DNA from: Geobacter sulfurreducens PCA
Lineage (GTDB): Bacteria; Desulfobacterota; Desulfuromonadia; Geobacterales; Geobacteraceae
Direction of reading: 5' to 3'
Assembly: GCF_000007985.2 (NCBI RefSeq)
Contig: NC_002939.5
Coordinates: 1,980,001 to 2,012,000, forward strand
Length of the DNA stretch: 32,000 nucleotides
Of this stretch, positions 1-9,914 are shown piece after piece (position 1 is the stretch's first letter; each line of letters starts with the position of its first letter). The notes below the pieces were generated by a model, which searched no databases, had not been told where the DNA came from, and was given only the letters and a program-made list of their open reading frames with translations. Position numbers and translations under genes: made by a program.

Positions 1-141
1 GGGCTCTTCTTCCACGTCCTTGATGGAGACGTCTCTCGAAAAGTCGGGACAACGGGCTCCGCCATCAGTGACGCAAAACTTTTTGGCGCAATTAGCCCGC
101 CAGGCGCAGACCGCGCAGGATTGTTTTCGTGTGGTGCTCAT
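1..141 (-). CDS. Small Cys-rich hypothetical protein, N-terminal 47 codons only (gene runs off the left edge)
   Basis: ATG at 141 (cat at 139-141) is preceded by AGGAG (revcomp of ctcct at 151-155). My translation is MSTTRKQSCAVCAWRANCAKKFCVTDGGARCPDFSRDVSIKDVEEEP, open to position 1. It has five Cys in the first 31 residues. I recognise no family. Confidence 0.45.
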   Translation of the reverse strand, partial: MSTTRKQSCAVCAWRANCAKKFCVTDGGARCPDFSRDVSIKDVEEEP

Positions 142-185
142 GGGTTGATACTCCTGAACCGGAATCTGATTAAAAGCCGAAGAGC

Positions 186-521
186 CTAACGCTTAGCGCC
201 AACAGCCGTGGATACCGGCTGCTGTGGCTTGGCTTCGGGTCTATCGGTCGCGGTGGGAAACTGGTACACGATTTCGTTCGGTCTCACGAGGCCGAAATCC
301 TTGCGTGCGATGCTTTCAAGGTATCGCCTGTCCGATTTGAGTGCCTCGATCTCTCTTTTAAGCTTTTCGTTCTCGTCACGGACGACACCGACCTTTTGGC
401 GAATTTGATCCCTTTCGTTGCTCAGATGATATATCCGCAACAATCCCCGTTCACCGAACACGGTGAAATACAAGATAAAGAGTATGCACCCGGTCGGGAT
501 GAGATACATCCGCTTCCGCAT
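186..521 (-). CDS. ftsB: Septum formation initiator FtsB/DivIC family protein
   Basis: 111 aa with an N-terminal TM helix (LIPTGCILFILYFTVFG) followed by a coiled coil (RDENEKLKREIEALKSDRRYLESIARKDFGLVRPNE) typical of FtsB. ATG at 521 has a GGAGGA RBS. Confidence 0.85.
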   Translation of the reverse strand: MRKRMYLIPTGCILFILYFTVFGERGLLRIYHLSNERDQIRQKVGVVRDENEKLKREIEALKSDRRYLESIARKDFGLVRPNEIVYQFPTATDRPEAKPQQPVSTAVGAKR

Positions 522-537
522 GATTTCCTCCGTACTG

Positions 538-1473
538 CTATCCGGTCGGGGTCAGGCCGGCAAAGTACTCAATGGTTTTTGCAAGCCCCTCGTCGAGGGA
601 TACGCGAGGCTCCCAGCCAAGGATCGTTCGGGCCAGGGTGATGTCGGGCTGACGCTGGCGAGGATCGTCGGAAGGGAGCGGCCGATAGATGATCTGCGAG
701 GACGAACCGGTCATCGCAATGATCCGCCGGGCAAACTCGATAATGGGTGTCTCTTCCGGGTTTCCAAGATTTACGGGCCCGCAGAACTGATCATGCTCCA
801 TGAGCGTCACGAGCCCGTCCAGCAGGTCGTCCACATAGCAGAAGGAACGGGTCTGGCTGCCGTCGCCGTACACGGTGAGATCTTCTCCCCGGAGGGCCTG
901 CACCACGAAATTGGAAACCACTCGCCCATCGTGTTCTGCCATCCGCGGGCCATAGGTGTTGAAGATGCGGGCGATCCGGATGTCGACACCATTCTGGCGA
1001 TGGTAGTCCATCAAGAGGGTTTCCGCCACCCGTTTTCCCTCGTCGTAGCAGCTCCGGATGCCGATCGGGTTCACGTTTCCCCAGTAGGATTCGGGCTGGG
1101 GATGAATTGTGGGATCGCCATAGACCTCCGAAGTGGATGCCTGGAGGATGCGCGCCCTGACGCGCTTGGCAAGCCCCAGCATGTTGATGGTTCCCATCAC
1201 GCTGGTCTTGATGGTCTTTACCGGATTGTACTGGTAGTGAACGGGCGAAGCAGGGCACGCCAGATTGTAGATCCGGTCCACTTCCAGCAGGATCGGCTCG
1301 ATGATATCGTGACGGATGACCTCGAAACGATGAAAATCCATCAGCCGATCGATATTGCGTTTCGACCCGGTGAAAAAGTTGTCGAGGCAGAGCACGTCAT
1401 GCCCCTGCTCCAGAAGCCGTTCGCACAGATGAGAACCGATGAATCCGGCGCCGCCGGTTACCAGGATGCGCAT
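538..1473 (-). CDS. UDP-glucuronate decarboxylase (UDP-xylose synthase), SDR family
   Basis: 311 aa. [20 protein letters not shown] is a Rossmann motif, and [13 protein letters not shown] and YDEGKR match the UXS/UDP-GlcA decarboxylase family. Sits immediately downstream of ugd (7-nt gap). Confidence 0.9.
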   Translation of the reverse strand: MRILVTGGAGFIGSHLCERLLEQGHDVLCLDNFFTGSKRNIDRLMDFHRFEVIRHDIIEPILLEVDRIYNLACPASPVHYQYNPVKTIKTSVMGTINMLGLAKRVRARILQASTSEVYGDPTIHPQPESYWGNVNPIGIRSCYDEGKRVAETLLMDYHRQNGVDIRIARIFNTYGPRMAEHDGRVVSNFVVQALRGEDLTVYGDGSQTRSFCYVDDLLDGLVTLMEHDQFCGPVNLGNPEETPIIEFARRIIAMTGSSSQIIYRPLPSDDPRQRQPDITLARTILGWEPRVSLDEGLAKTIEYFAGLTPTG

Positions 1474-1480
1474 AAGTCGC

Positions 1481-2842
1481 CTACTTTTCCACGAAGCCGG
1501 AGCCGTTGCGGCCGATTCCGTGGTAAATGAAGCCCATTTCTTTCAGGCGGCGCGGATTGTAAAGATTGCGCCCATCAAAGATGACCGGCGTTCTGAGCTG
1601 CTCGGCGATCCGTTCGAAATCGGGGTTGCGATACTCGTTCCACTCGGTAACGATGGCGAGTGCGTCGGCACCGGCAAGGATGTCGTAGGGACTGGAACAG
1701 CTGTAGGCAATGCGATCACCGAAGATTTTTTGCGCCTCCTTGACCGCCTCGGGGTCATGGGCGCGGACCGAGGCTCCCTCCGCCAGCAGCCGCTCGATCA
1801 CGACAATGGAAGGTGCCTCGCGCATGTCATCGGTGCGCGGCTTGAATGACAGGCCCCACACGGCAATGGTCTTGCCGGCGAGGGGACGTGACTCTCCTGC
1901 CCGATCTCCGGAAAAGTGCCGGAGGATCTTCTCGGGGATGAGCATCTTTTGCCGCTCGTTCACCTCTTCAACCGCCTTGAGAAGCATGAAGTCGTAGCCG
2001 CACTCTTCCGCGGTCCGAACCAGGGCCTTCACGTCCTTGGGAAAGCATGAACCGCCGTAGCCCACGCCGGGAAACAGAAAATCGTAGCCGATGCGCGAAT
2101 CTGACCCGATACCTTCCCGGACCGCGGAGACATCGGCGCCCATCCGTTCACAGAGATTGGCAATCTGGTTCATGAAGGAAATCCGCGTGGCAAGCATGGC
2201 ATTCGCGGCATATTTAGTCATCTCGGCACTGCGTACGTCCATCAGGATCATACGGTTGGTCTTGCGCATGAAGGGGGAATAGAGCTCCTTCATCAGTTCG
2301 GCGGTCCGCACGTTGTCAACGCCGATGACGACACGGTCGGGCTTCATGAAGTCGTCAATGGCCGCCCCCTCCTTGAGAAACTCGGGATTGGACACCACAT
2401 CGAACTCATAGCTGACGCCGCGACGGTCCAGTTCCTCCTGCACGGCGCGCCGCACCTGATCGGCCGTGCCGACCGGAACGGTGGACTTGTCGACGATGAT
2501 TTTGAACCCTTCCATGTGGCTCCCGATGGCGCGAGCCACATCGAGCACGTACTTGAGGTCTGCGGACCCGTCTTCACCCGGCGGGGTACCCACGGCAATG
2601 AAGTTCACCAAGGATGTCTTCACCGCAGCGGCGAGATCGGTGGTAAAGGTTAGCCGCCCCTCAGCGCTGTTGCGGATCACCATCTCCTTGAGCCCCGGCT
2701 CGTAGATAGGGATGACTCCCTCCCGGAGTCCGGCTATTTTCTCTTCATTTACATCCACGCAGACAACGGTATTGCCGCTTTCGGCAAAACAGGTTCCGGC
2801 AACGAGCCCCACATAGCCGGTGCCAATGACGCAGATTTTCAT
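1481..2842 (-). CDS. ugd: UDP-glucose 6-dehydrogenase
   Basis: 453 aa. [14 protein letters not shown] is the NAD-binding motif and GGSCFPKDV is the catalytic Cys motif. Full-length family match. ATG at 2842 has a GGAGGG RBS. Confidence 0.93.
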   Translation of the reverse strand: MKICVIGTGYVGLVAGTCFAESGNTVVCVDVNEEKIAGLREGVIPIYEPGLKEMVIRNSAEGRLTFTTDLAAAVKTSLVNFIAVGTPPGEDGSADLKYVLDVARAIGSHMEGFKIIVDKSTVPVGTADQVRRAVQEELDRRGVSYEFDVVSNPEFLKEGAAIDDFMKPDRVVIGVDNVRTAELMKELYSPFMRKTNRMILMDVRSAEMTKYAANAMLATRISFMNQIANLCERMGADVSAVREGIGSDSRIGYDFLFPGVGYGGSCFPKDVKALVRTAEECGYDFMLLKAVEEVNERQKMLIPEKILRHFSGDRAGESRPLAGKTIAVWGLSFKPRTDDMREAPSIVVIERLLAEGASVRAHDPEAVKEAQKIFGDRIAYSCSSPYDILAGADALAIVTEWNEYRNPDFERIAEQLRTPVIFDGRNLYNPRRLKEMGFIYHGIGRNGSGFVEK

Positions 2843-3006
2843 GAACGCCCTCCAGACGGAAACATCAGCGGATTTTTATAACATGGAAACCCCGGTCACT
2901 TCCAGAGATTTCCGTATCCCGGCAGCGTCAAGGAGACGGGGACCGTCGTGGACTTTTCCCCATGTTCGGCTACCATTATGGTCAGACAGGAGAAAGGAGG
3001 CCAATC

Positions 3007-3576
3007 ATGAACAGATCGTTCAGGTTGGTGATGATGGTCCTTGCATGCGTCGTCTTGGCGGCATGCACACGGGTTCTCAGCGACGAGGCCAGGCGCCTGG
3101 TGGATCCGACCGTAACCTTTACGGGACTGAAGGCGAATCCTGACGCATTTCTGGGGAAATACGTCATGCTTGGCGGGGTCATTGTCGACACGAAAAACAA
3201 CAGTGATGGGGGGCAAATCGAGGTAATGCAGGTCGGTCTCGACGAAAGCGGCATTCCCGGCGACACCTTCCGCTCGGAAGGACGGTTCCTCGCCACCTCC
3301 GCACAGTTCCTCGATGCGGTGATCTTCAAACCGGGACGTCTGGTGACCTTGGTGGGAGAGATCAAGGGTAAAAAGGTTCAGCCTCTTGACGAAGTGAACT
3401 ACAGCTACCCGGTGGTTGCCATCAAGGAGATCCACGTCTGGAAGAGCCAGGACTATGACAGTGGATATCCCTATCCGACGCCGGCACCCTATTACTACTA
3501 CGATCCCTACTGGTACGGAGTCTGGCCCGGACCTTACTGGCACCGCCCGCTCGGTCCCGTCTACCGCAGGTGGTGA
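3007..3576 (+). CDS. slp: Slp-family outer-membrane lipoprotein
   Basis: ATG at 3007 follows AGGAGAAAGGAGG. Lipobox LAAC. The core (GKYVMLGGVIVD...QIEVMQ...GRFLA...V(T)LVGEI) and the aromatic-rich C-terminal tail resemble E. coli Slp. The track ORF start at 2962 is probably too far upstream. Confidence 0.8.
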   Translation: MNRSFRLVMMVLACVVLAACTRVLSDEARRLVDPTVTFTGLKANPDAFLGKYVMLGGVIVDTKNNSDGGQIEVMQVGLDESGIPGDTFRSEGRFLATSAQFLDAVIFKPGRLVTLVGEIKGKKVQPLDEVNYSYPVVAIKEIHVWKSQDYDSGYPYPTPAPYYYYDPYWYGVWPGPYWHRPLGPVYRRW

Positions 3577-3600
3577 GCACCCTCCCTCGCGTCGAATCAA

Positions 3601-3629
3601 GAAGGGGCGGTCTTTGCGACCGCCCCTTC
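3601..3629. terminator. Perfect 12-bp stem hairpin between convergent slp and apgM-like genes
   Basis: GAAGGGGCGGTC-tttgc-GACCGCCCCTTC lies in the 63-nt gap between two convergent stop codons. U-tracts are weak on both strands, so the terminator role is inferred from position. Confidence 0.55.
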
Positions 3630-3639
3630 CGTGTTCCCC

Positions 3640-4839
3640 CTATCGGTCCAGCATCATCTCCATGAGTCTGAAGCCGTCCTCGACCACCAAGCCGGCTGAT
3701 CTGGCCGACTCTTCGTCGTAACCGGCCACGCCGGCGTTCTCCGAGGTTTCCCCGCTGAAGAGGACGAACGGAACCGGAGCGTCGGTGTGAGTCTTGAGCC
3801 GCAACGGCGTCGGGTGATCCGGTGTGCAGAGGATTCGGTACGATCCGAACTTTTCCATGCCCGCCATAATTGGACCCACGACCCGGGCATCGAAATCTTC
3901 GATGGCCTTCAGCTTGTGCTCCAGGTTGCCGCCGTGACCCGCCTCATCGGGGGCTTCCACGTGGAGATAGACGTAATCGTGCGCCTCCAGCGCCTCAAGA
4001 GCAGCAGTTACCTTTCCCTCGTAATTGGTATCGATATAACCGGTGGCGCCTTCAACTTTGATCACGTCCAGACCGGCGCACACGCCGATGCCGCGCACCA
4101 GGTCCACCGCGGAAATGACGGCGCCCGTAAGGCCGAACTTTTCGTGGAAAGATGCCATCCGGGGCGCCTTGCCATGCCCCCAGAGCCAGATGGAGTTTGC
4201 GGGAACCTTTCCCTCTTCGAGCCGGCGCCGATACTGGGGATGATTGTTGAGCACGAGCTGCGAGGAGTTCATGAGCTCTATCAGTCGCTCCGCCCCCTCC
4301 CCCTTTGGCAGGTGTTCAAGGATGCTCTGCCCGGAAATATCGTGAGGGGGGACCACAGTCATGCCGCATTTCCCATTGCGCCAGACCATGAGATGACGGT
4401 AGCCGACCCCGGGATAAAACTGGAATTCATCCGTGCCCATTACGCCCTGGATCGCCTCGATGAGCTCCCGGCCCTCGGCGGTGGAAATGTGACCGGCCGA
4501 ATAATCATTCATGACGAGCGTACCGCGGGTCGGTGCCAGGTTCACCAGATTCACCCGAAAAGCAACGTCGGCAGAGCCCAGTTCTACTCCCATGCTGGCA
4601 GCTTCCAGGGGCGAACGCCCAGTGTAGCAGGCGCGGGGATCATAACCGAACACCGAAAGGTTAGCCACATCGCTGCCGGGGGGATATCCCTCCGGCACGG
4701 TACGGGCGAGACCGATCCTGCCCCGCCGTGCCATGGCGTCCATATGGGGAGTCCGTGCCGCCTGGAGCGGCGTTTTCCCGCCCAACTCCTGCATCGGCTC
4801 ATCGGACATGCCATCTCCGAGTAACACAATGTACTTCAT
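3640..4839 (-). CDS. apgM: Cofactor-independent phosphoglycerate mutase, archaeal ApgM type (family also proposed as a non-canonical homoserine kinase)
   Basis: MKYIVLLGDGMSD, the alkaline-phosphatase-superfamily metal motifs (EAPDEAGH, TPDHPTP) and a length of about 399 aa fit the family. I place the start at ATG 4839 (cat 4837-4839) after AAAGGAA rather than the track start at 4857. Confidence 0.85.
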   Translation of the reverse strand: MKYIVLLGDGMSDEPMQELGGKTPLQAARTPHMDAMARRGRIGLARTVPEGYPPGSDVANLSVFGYDPRACYTGRSPLEAASMGVELGSADVAFRVNLVNLAPTRGTLVMNDYSAGHISTAEGRELIEAIQGVMGTDEFQFYPGVGYRHLMVWRNGKCGMTVVPPHDISGQSILEHLPKGEGAERLIELMNSSQLVLNNHPQYRRRLEEGKVPANSIWLWGHGKAPRMASFHEKFGLTGAVISAVDLVRGIGVCAGLDVIKVEGATGYIDTNYEGKVTAALEALEAHDYVYLHVEAPDEAGHGGNLEHKLKAIEDFDARVVGPIMAGMEKFGSYRILCTPDHPTPLRLKTHTDAPVPFVLFSGETSENAGVAGYDEESARSAGLVVEDGFRLMEMMLDR

Positions 4840-4907
4840 GCCAGTTCCTTTCATCACAGGATCACGATTTCACTTCACGTTATCATCTCCGCCCCCTGGC
4901 CGACGTT

Positions 4908-5795
4908 TCAGCCGCGCGGGTGGAATTGTTCGTGCAGACGCTTCAGCCGTTCACGGGTAACATGCGTATAAATCTGGGTTGTTGAGAGATCCGCATGGCC
5001 GAGCATGGCCTGCACGCTCCGTAGGTCCGCCCCGTTTTCGAGCAGATGGGTGGCGAACGAATGCCTGAGCGTGTGGGGCGAAATTCCCTTCAGAATGCCG
5101 GCCTGCCTTGAGCGCTTTTTTATTATATTCCAAAAGGCCTGGCGAGTCATCCGTTCACCGAGCCTGCTCAGGAAAAGAAAGGGACTCTCCCCGCCCCGAC
5201 CCAGTTGAATCCTAGCCGAGGAAAGATAGAGCACTACGGCTGCACAGGCTGATTCGCCCATGGGGACCAGCCGCTCTTTTTCCCCCTTGCCCACGGTCAT
5301 TAGGTAACCGGCTGAGGTATTCACATCCCTCGTGCGCAGCCCCACCAGTTCGGAAACCCGGAGACCCGTTGCATAGAGAAGCTCCAGCATGGCCCGGTCA
5401 CGCACCTCGATGGGGGCATCACCGGCCGGCGCGGCCAGAAGCATCTCCACCTCCCGGCCGGTCAGGACCTGGGGCAGCTTGGCGAGAACGCGGGGCGCTT
5501 CAATAATGCTGGTGGGATTGGTTTCGGCATACCCTTCCACCAGCAGGAAACGGTGAAACATCCGTACTGCGGACAGGGCGCGGGCACGGCTTCTGGCGCC
5601 GAGTCCCGACTCCTTGAGGTGCGCCAGGAAATCCGCAACATGGAGGGGGCGGATTGCGGCAGGATCACCTCCCGCGTGCTGCTCGACATACCCCAGATAA
5701 CGGCTCAGGTCCCTGGCATAGGACTCCACCGAATTGCGGGCAAGCCCCTTCTCGACCACCAGATAGCCGAGAAAAAGATCCAGATGCTGATTCAT
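4908..5795 (-). CDS. xerD: Tyrosine site-specific recombinase XerD (XerC/XerD family)
   Basis: 295 aa. The N-terminal SAM-like domain (LVVEKGLARNSVESYARDLSRYL) and the catalytic C-terminus (HTLRHSFATHLLENGADLRSVQAMLGHADLSTTQIYTHV) are typical. XerD versus XerC cannot be settled by eye. Confidence 0.88.
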   Translation of the reverse strand: MNQHLDLFLGYLVVEKGLARNSVESYARDLSRYLGYVEQHAGGDPAAIRPLHVADFLAHLKESGLGARSRARALSAVRMFHRFLLVEGYAETNPTSIIEAPRVLAKLPQVLTGREVEMLLAAPAGDAPIEVRDRAMLELLYATGLRVSELVGLRTRDVNTSAGYLMTVGKGEKERLVPMGESACAAVVLYLSSARIQLGRGGESPFLFLSRLGERMTRQAFWNIIKKRSRQAGILKGISPHTLRHSFATHLLENGADLRSVQAMLGHADLSTTQIYTHVTRERLKRLHEQFHPRG

Positions 5796-8500
5796 TCCGG
5801 CTGTTCAACCGCGACACGGAGCTTTTCCCGGATCTCCTCCAGCCGCTCGACACTGGTGATCTTGTGGCCAAAGATATCCTTCACGTAAAAGACGTCCGCC
5901 ACCTGGTCAACTTTGGTAGAAATCTTGGCAATTCCGATGTAGAGCCCCAGATCCGTGAGCGTGCTTGTTATCCGGTAGAGCAATCCGACCTTGTCGTGGG
6001 TATAGATATCGATGACGGTATAGTCCGACGACACCTCATTGTCGATATCAACCCGCGAGGGAAAGCGGGGTTTGGGCCGCTCCGTCAAAAGCGTCGGCCT
6101 CTGGCGCTTAGCCACGAGGGAAGCCACCCGAATTTTTCCGGTCAGCACCTGGCGCAGGTCTTCGTCGACCCGGCTCCAGCGGCTTTCCTCGATTATCATG
6201 AATCCTTGCGGCGAATTAACCTGAAGGATATCGAGGACTTTACCATTGGAGCTGGTGTGTATCTGGGCACCGAGAATATTGATGCCGTTGGCGGCCATGA
6301 CCCCGGTGATCATGGAAAACAGGCCGGGGATATCCCAGGTGCAGATGGAATAGGTAGAGTAGCCGCCTTCCTGCACGTGCGTTACATGCGTGAGGACACC
6401 GCCCGGTTCGAGGGCATGGAGAATCTTCACGTGCTCGGCAATGACAGCCGCGGGGTTGGACAAAAGATGTCGGATAGTCATGGCGCGAAGCTCTTCCCTG
6501 ACCGCTGCGGCGGGATACTCGTCGCCCAGAAGCTCGACAACCTTCCGCTTGACCTTCTTGACCCGCTCACTGTGCGCTTCGAGCCGGAAATCGCCCCGTT
6601 CGAGAACGTTAAAGGCTTTCTCGTACAATTCCTGAAGGAGTCTCGCCTTCCATTCCGTCCAGACATCCGTGCCCACCGCCCTGATGTCGGCATAAGTCAA
6701 CAGGTAGAGCATCTTCAGGTTTTCGCTCTTTTCCATTTGGCGAGCGAACTGCACGATCATCTTCTCGTCGTGGAGGTCGCGACGCTGGGCAATGTGAGCA
6801 AAGAGCAGATGCTGCCGCACGAGAAACTCCAACCGCTCGCTATCCTCCTTGGAGAGCCCCATGCGCCGGGCAATAGTGGGCATCATGGCCGCGCCTTTTT
6901 CCGCGTGTCCGCCCCCCTCGCCCTTGCCGATGTCGTGGAACAGGACCGCGAGCAGGAGCAGCTCCCGCTTGTCTACCTGACGTGCCAGCGAGGTAAGCAG
7001 CGGCAGTTCCTTTTCGTGCTCTCCCCGGAGCAGCTTGACGATCTCCTCCACGGCAAAGAGCGAATGGATGTCAACCGTGTAGATATGGTAGAGATCATGC
7101 TGGACCTTGCAGTAAATGTGGCCGAATTCGGGAATGAAATGGTTCAGGAATTCCAGATGATGCATCAGGCGGAGCGTTTCGGGCACCCCCTTATCGCTGC
7201 GGAGGATGGCAAAGAACGACTGGTTCACCTCTCGGCTACGTCGGAACTTGTCGTTGACCAGGTGGAGATTCTTCCGGATCAGCGACTTTACGGCAACGCT
7301 GATCTCCACGCCGTGCTTCTGGGCATACTCGAAAATCTTCATGAGCCGGGCCGGCTCTTTCTCGATTACCGATTCATCAGGGATGACAAGCTCTCCCTTG
7401 AGGATGTAAAACCCCTCACCGATGGGACGGCGAATAAAGTACCCCAGGATCTTGAAGGCCCCTTCTTCCTTCCTCATGCAGCGGGCAATGAGCGATGAGG
7501 CCAAGTGTTCAACCCGGTTGGCGTGCAGGTAGTAGTCCCGCATGAACTCTTCAACGGCAAGAGTCCGCGCCGAATCCTCGTAGCCGAAAAACGACGCGAG
7601 TTCCGTCTGGGCCTCAAAGGTGAGCTGATCGTTCTTGCGGCCGGCGAGGAAGTGGAGTTCGTTCCTGACGCGCCAAAGATAGGAGAGAGCCTCGTGATAG
7701 GAGGCAAGCTCCTCCTCGGACAGAATCCCCTTCACCACCAATTCCTTGGGATCCTTCACCTTATACTTGATCTTCATGACCCAGAGAGCTGTATGAAGAT
7801 CCCGCAGCCCCCCTTCGCTCTCCTTCACGTTGGGTTCCAGAAGATAGACCGATGAGCCGTATTTCTCCCTTCGCTTGCGCAGTTCCGCCACTTTGTCCCG
7901 GATGAACGAATCACTCTTCTTTGCCAGGATCTGGGTCAGCATCACCTTCTCGAACTCGCGGAAAAAGACCCGGCTGCCCGCCAGCACCCGCGAGTCCAGA
8001 AGTGCGGTTCGTACTGTCAGATCCGAACTGGCCATCTCCACGCAATCCTGCAGCGTGCGGACGGAATACCCAACATCCAGGCGCATGTCCCACAGGAAAT
8101 AGAGGAGCTTCTGGGCAATATCCTCTACCCTCGCGGCATCCTTGCCGCCATAGAGGAACATCAGGTCAATGTCCGAATGGGGGTTCAGTTCGCCTCGCCC
8201 ATAGCCGCCGATGGCCATGAGCGTCAGGTGCTCGCGGCCCCTCCCCGGCTGGGCCACGTCCCGCGTGATGCTCCGGAAAAGCTTGCGGATGAGGGTATCG
8301 GTCATGGCGGTGATATGCTTCACTACCGTGGTGCCGGCCGCCCCGCCGCGGTGGACGGATTTGATCTCCTCGCGGTAATGAGTGAGGAAATGCTTGCTGG
8401 CGGCAAGGTAGAGCGGGCGCTTTTCCTCAAAGGATGCCCGGCCGGAGTCACCGCTCTCCTGGGAGGTGTCGGGAAAGTATCGGTCGATGTCGAATTGCAT
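5792..8500 (-). CDS. glnD: [Protein-PII] uridylyltransferase/uridylyl-removing enzyme GlnD
   Basis: 902 aa. Nucleotidyltransferase motif (GGYGRGELNPHSDIDL), HD domain (LFHDIGKG) and two C-terminal ACT-like domains. The TGA stop overlaps the xerD ATG (ATGA at 5792-5795). Confidence 0.93.
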   Translation of the reverse strand: MQFDIDRYFPDTSQESGDSGRASFEEKRPLYLAASKHFLTHYREEIKSVHRGGAAGTTVVKHITAMTDTLIRKLFRSITRDVAQPGRGREHLTLMAIGGYGRGELNPHSDIDLMFLYGGKDAARVEDIAQKLLYFLWDMRLDVGYSVRTLQDCVEMASSDLTVRTALLDSRVLAGSRVFFREFEKVMLTQILAKKSDSFIRDKVAELRKRREKYGSSVYLLEPNVKESEGGLRDLHTALWVMKIKYKVKDPKELVVKGILSEEELASYHEALSYLWRVRNELHFLAGRKNDQLTFEAQTELASFFGYEDSARTLAVEEFMRDYYLHANRVEHLASSLIARCMRKEEGAFKILGYFIRRPIGEGFYILKGELVIPDESVIEKEPARLMKIFEYAQKHGVEISVAVKSLIRKNLHLVNDKFRRSREVNQSFFAILRSDKGVPETLRLMHHLEFLNHFIPEFGHIYCKVQHDLYHIYTVDIHSLFAVEEIVKLLRGEHEKELPLLTSLARQVDKRELLLLAVLFHDIGKGEGGGHAEKGAAMMPTIARRMGLSKEDSERLEFLVRQHLLFAHIAQRRDLHDEKMIVQFARQMEKSENLKMLYLLTYADIRAVGTDVWTEWKARLLQELYEKAFNVLERGDFRLEAHSERVKKVKRKVVELLGDEYPAAAVREELRAMTIRHLLSNPAAVIAEHVKILHALEPGGVLTHVTHVQEGGYSTYSICTWDIPGLFSMITGVMAANGINILGAQIHTSSNGKVLDILQVNSPQGFMIIEESRWSRVDEDLRQVLTGKIRVASLVAKRQRPTLLTERPKPRFPSRVDIDNEVSSDYTVIDIYTHDKVGLLYRITSTLTDLGLYIGIAKISTKVDQVADVFYVKDIFGHKITSVERLEEIREKLRVAVEQPE

Positions 8501-8539
8501 ATCACCTCGATGTCTTAGGGTGCGAGTTCCGACTGCCGT

Positions 8540-9907
8540 TTACTTGAGGCTGGAGATGTACCCCTTGACTCCCTCCAGGATGCCCTCGGCGGCTTGCTCC
8601 TGGTAAGAAGAATCCTTGAGGCGCTCTTCTTCGGCCTCATTGCTGATGAATGCCGTCTCTACGAGGATGCTCGGCATGGTGGCGCCAACAAGCACATAGA
8701 ACGGGCCCTGCTTGACTCCCAGGTTCCTGGTGGACGGATACTGCCCGTGGAGCTTACGGTAGAGAGCCTTCTGGACCTCCTCGGCCAGATGGGCGGAATC
8801 ATTGAGCTTGTAGTTGGCCATGAGGTCGAAGAGGATCGCCTGGAGAAGGCTCACCTTTTCCAGGGACGTACCGTTCTCGCGGGCCGCCAGCTGTGCAGCC
8901 TTCTCGGTCTTCGCCAGGTTGAGATAATAGGTTTCGATGCCCGATGCCCCCCGGTTGAGCGAGGCATTGGCATGAATGGACACAAAGAGGTCGGCGTTCA
9001 CCTTATTGGCGATGGCGGTTCGCTCCTCCAGGGGAATGAAAACGTCAGTGGAACGGGTCATGACCACATCAATACCGAGCTCATCGCGAAGTTTCTCCGC
9101 CAGCTTGAGCCCGATGGCCAGCACCACGTTCTTCTCTTGGGTCCCATGGGCGCCCACCGCGCCTGGATCGTGGCCGCCGTGGCCCGGATCCACCACGATG
9201 CGCCTGATTTTGCCCGGTTTGAAACGGGCTCCAACACGGGGCTTCTCGTCCCTCGGCTCGATTTTTTTCGGTTCGGCCGCCACTGCCGGGGCCGGCTGGA
9301 TTTGCTCCGTGAGACGGCTGATCTCCAGGGGACGCACCCCCTTCACATCAATGATGATCCGGAAGGGATCCGACAGGGGAAATACCTTGTAATCCTTGAC
9401 ATTTTCAACATCGAGCACTACCCGTACCACGTCAGCGCGGTACTGGCCCACGCGGGCGGTCTTCAGCAGGCCGTCGCCGATAGAAAGATCCTTCACGCCG
9501 GGACCGAGGCGCGAAGCGTTCAGATCGATGTAAATGCGAGAAGGATTGGCGTCGGACACATGCTGCTTGATCTGGTTGGATTCAAACCGCACCTCACGGT
9601 CCAAGGTTATGGCAACCCGCGTGTAATCAGGATTCGACCAGTAGCGGATCTCCGTTACCTGGGCCCGCGCCTCGCCGGTTGTAGCACCGGCACTTTCAGC
9701 GGCCGTGGTGGTTCCGGCCGTCCGTGAATCGGCCCCGGCCTTTTTCGTCTCGGCCGCCTTGGTCGTAGAAGTCTTCTTTCGTGCCGCCTCCTTGGTCACC
9801 GTACCTTTTTTCGAGGTTTTCTCCTCCTTTGCGTGAATCTCCGCAGCGAAGAGCAGACTCAGGGACATCAGTACCAAAAAGAAACCATATGCCAGCGTGC
9901 TTCGCAT
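8540..9907 (-). CDS. amiC: N-acetylmuramoyl-L-alanine amidase with AMIN domain (AmiC-like)
   Basis: Sec signal peptide, then a Lys/Thr/Ala-rich linker, an AMIN domain (VTEIRYWSNPDYTRVAITLD...RIIIDV) and an Amidase_3 domain (IVVDPGHGGHDPGA...SIHANA). ATG at 9907 is 7 nt after the mutS stop, with a GAGG RBS. The track start at 9910 is GTG. Confidence 0.88.
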   Translation of the reverse strand: MRSTLAYGFFLVLMSLSLLFAAEIHAKEEKTSKKGTVTKEAARKKTSTTKAAETKKAGADSRTAGTTTAAESAGATTGEARAQVTEIRYWSNPDYTRVAITLDREVRFESNQIKQHVSDANPSRIYIDLNASRLGPGVKDLSIGDGLLKTARVGQYRADVVRVVLDVENVKDYKVFPLSDPFRIIIDVKGVRPLEISRLTEQIQPAPAVAAEPKKIEPRDEKPRVGARFKPGKIRRIVVDPGHGGHDPGAVGAHGTQEKNVVLAIGLKLAEKLRDELGIDVVMTRSTDVFIPLEERTAIANKVNADLFVSIHANASLNRGASGIETYYLNLAKTEKAAQLAARENGTSLEKVSLLQAILFDLMANYKLNDSAHLAEEVQKALYRKLHGQYPSTRNLGVKQGPFYVLVGATMPSILVETAFISNEAEEERLKDSSYQEQAAEGILEGVKGYISSLK

Positions 9908-9914
9908 CACGACC

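Noticed and set aside
3463-3573. Striking Tyr/Pro/Trp-rich C-terminal tail (YPYPTPAPYYYYDPYWYGVWPGPYWHRPLGPVYRRW) of the lipoprotein
   Set aside because: E. coli Slp has a comparable aromatic/Pro/Gly-rich C-terminus (..YNLWDYGYGAFWPEPGWGAPYY..). This looks like a family feature rather than a novel appendage.
4908-5795. A tyrosine recombinase plus a nearby tRNA gene (12685-12759) as a possible integrated mobile element
   Set aside because: The recombinase has full XerC/XerD architecture and is translationally coupled to glnD inside a housekeeping string 7 kb from the tRNA. I saw no phage, plasmid or transposase genes and no repeat of the tRNA 3' end. It is a chromosome dimer-resolution enzyme, not an island integrase.
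5654-7498. 614-aa plus-strand ORF. Similar long antisense ORFs are 463-1530, 8594-9727, 9897-11069, 14523-15794, 19456-20709, 20752-21969, 25078-26373 and 27033-28265.
   Set aside because: Each lies antisense to a confidently identified conserved gene (glnD, UXS, amiC, mutS, nadB, trpS/M50, glnA, hrpB, PAP2). All lack RBS-linked ATG starts and family motifs. They are high-GC shadow ORFs.
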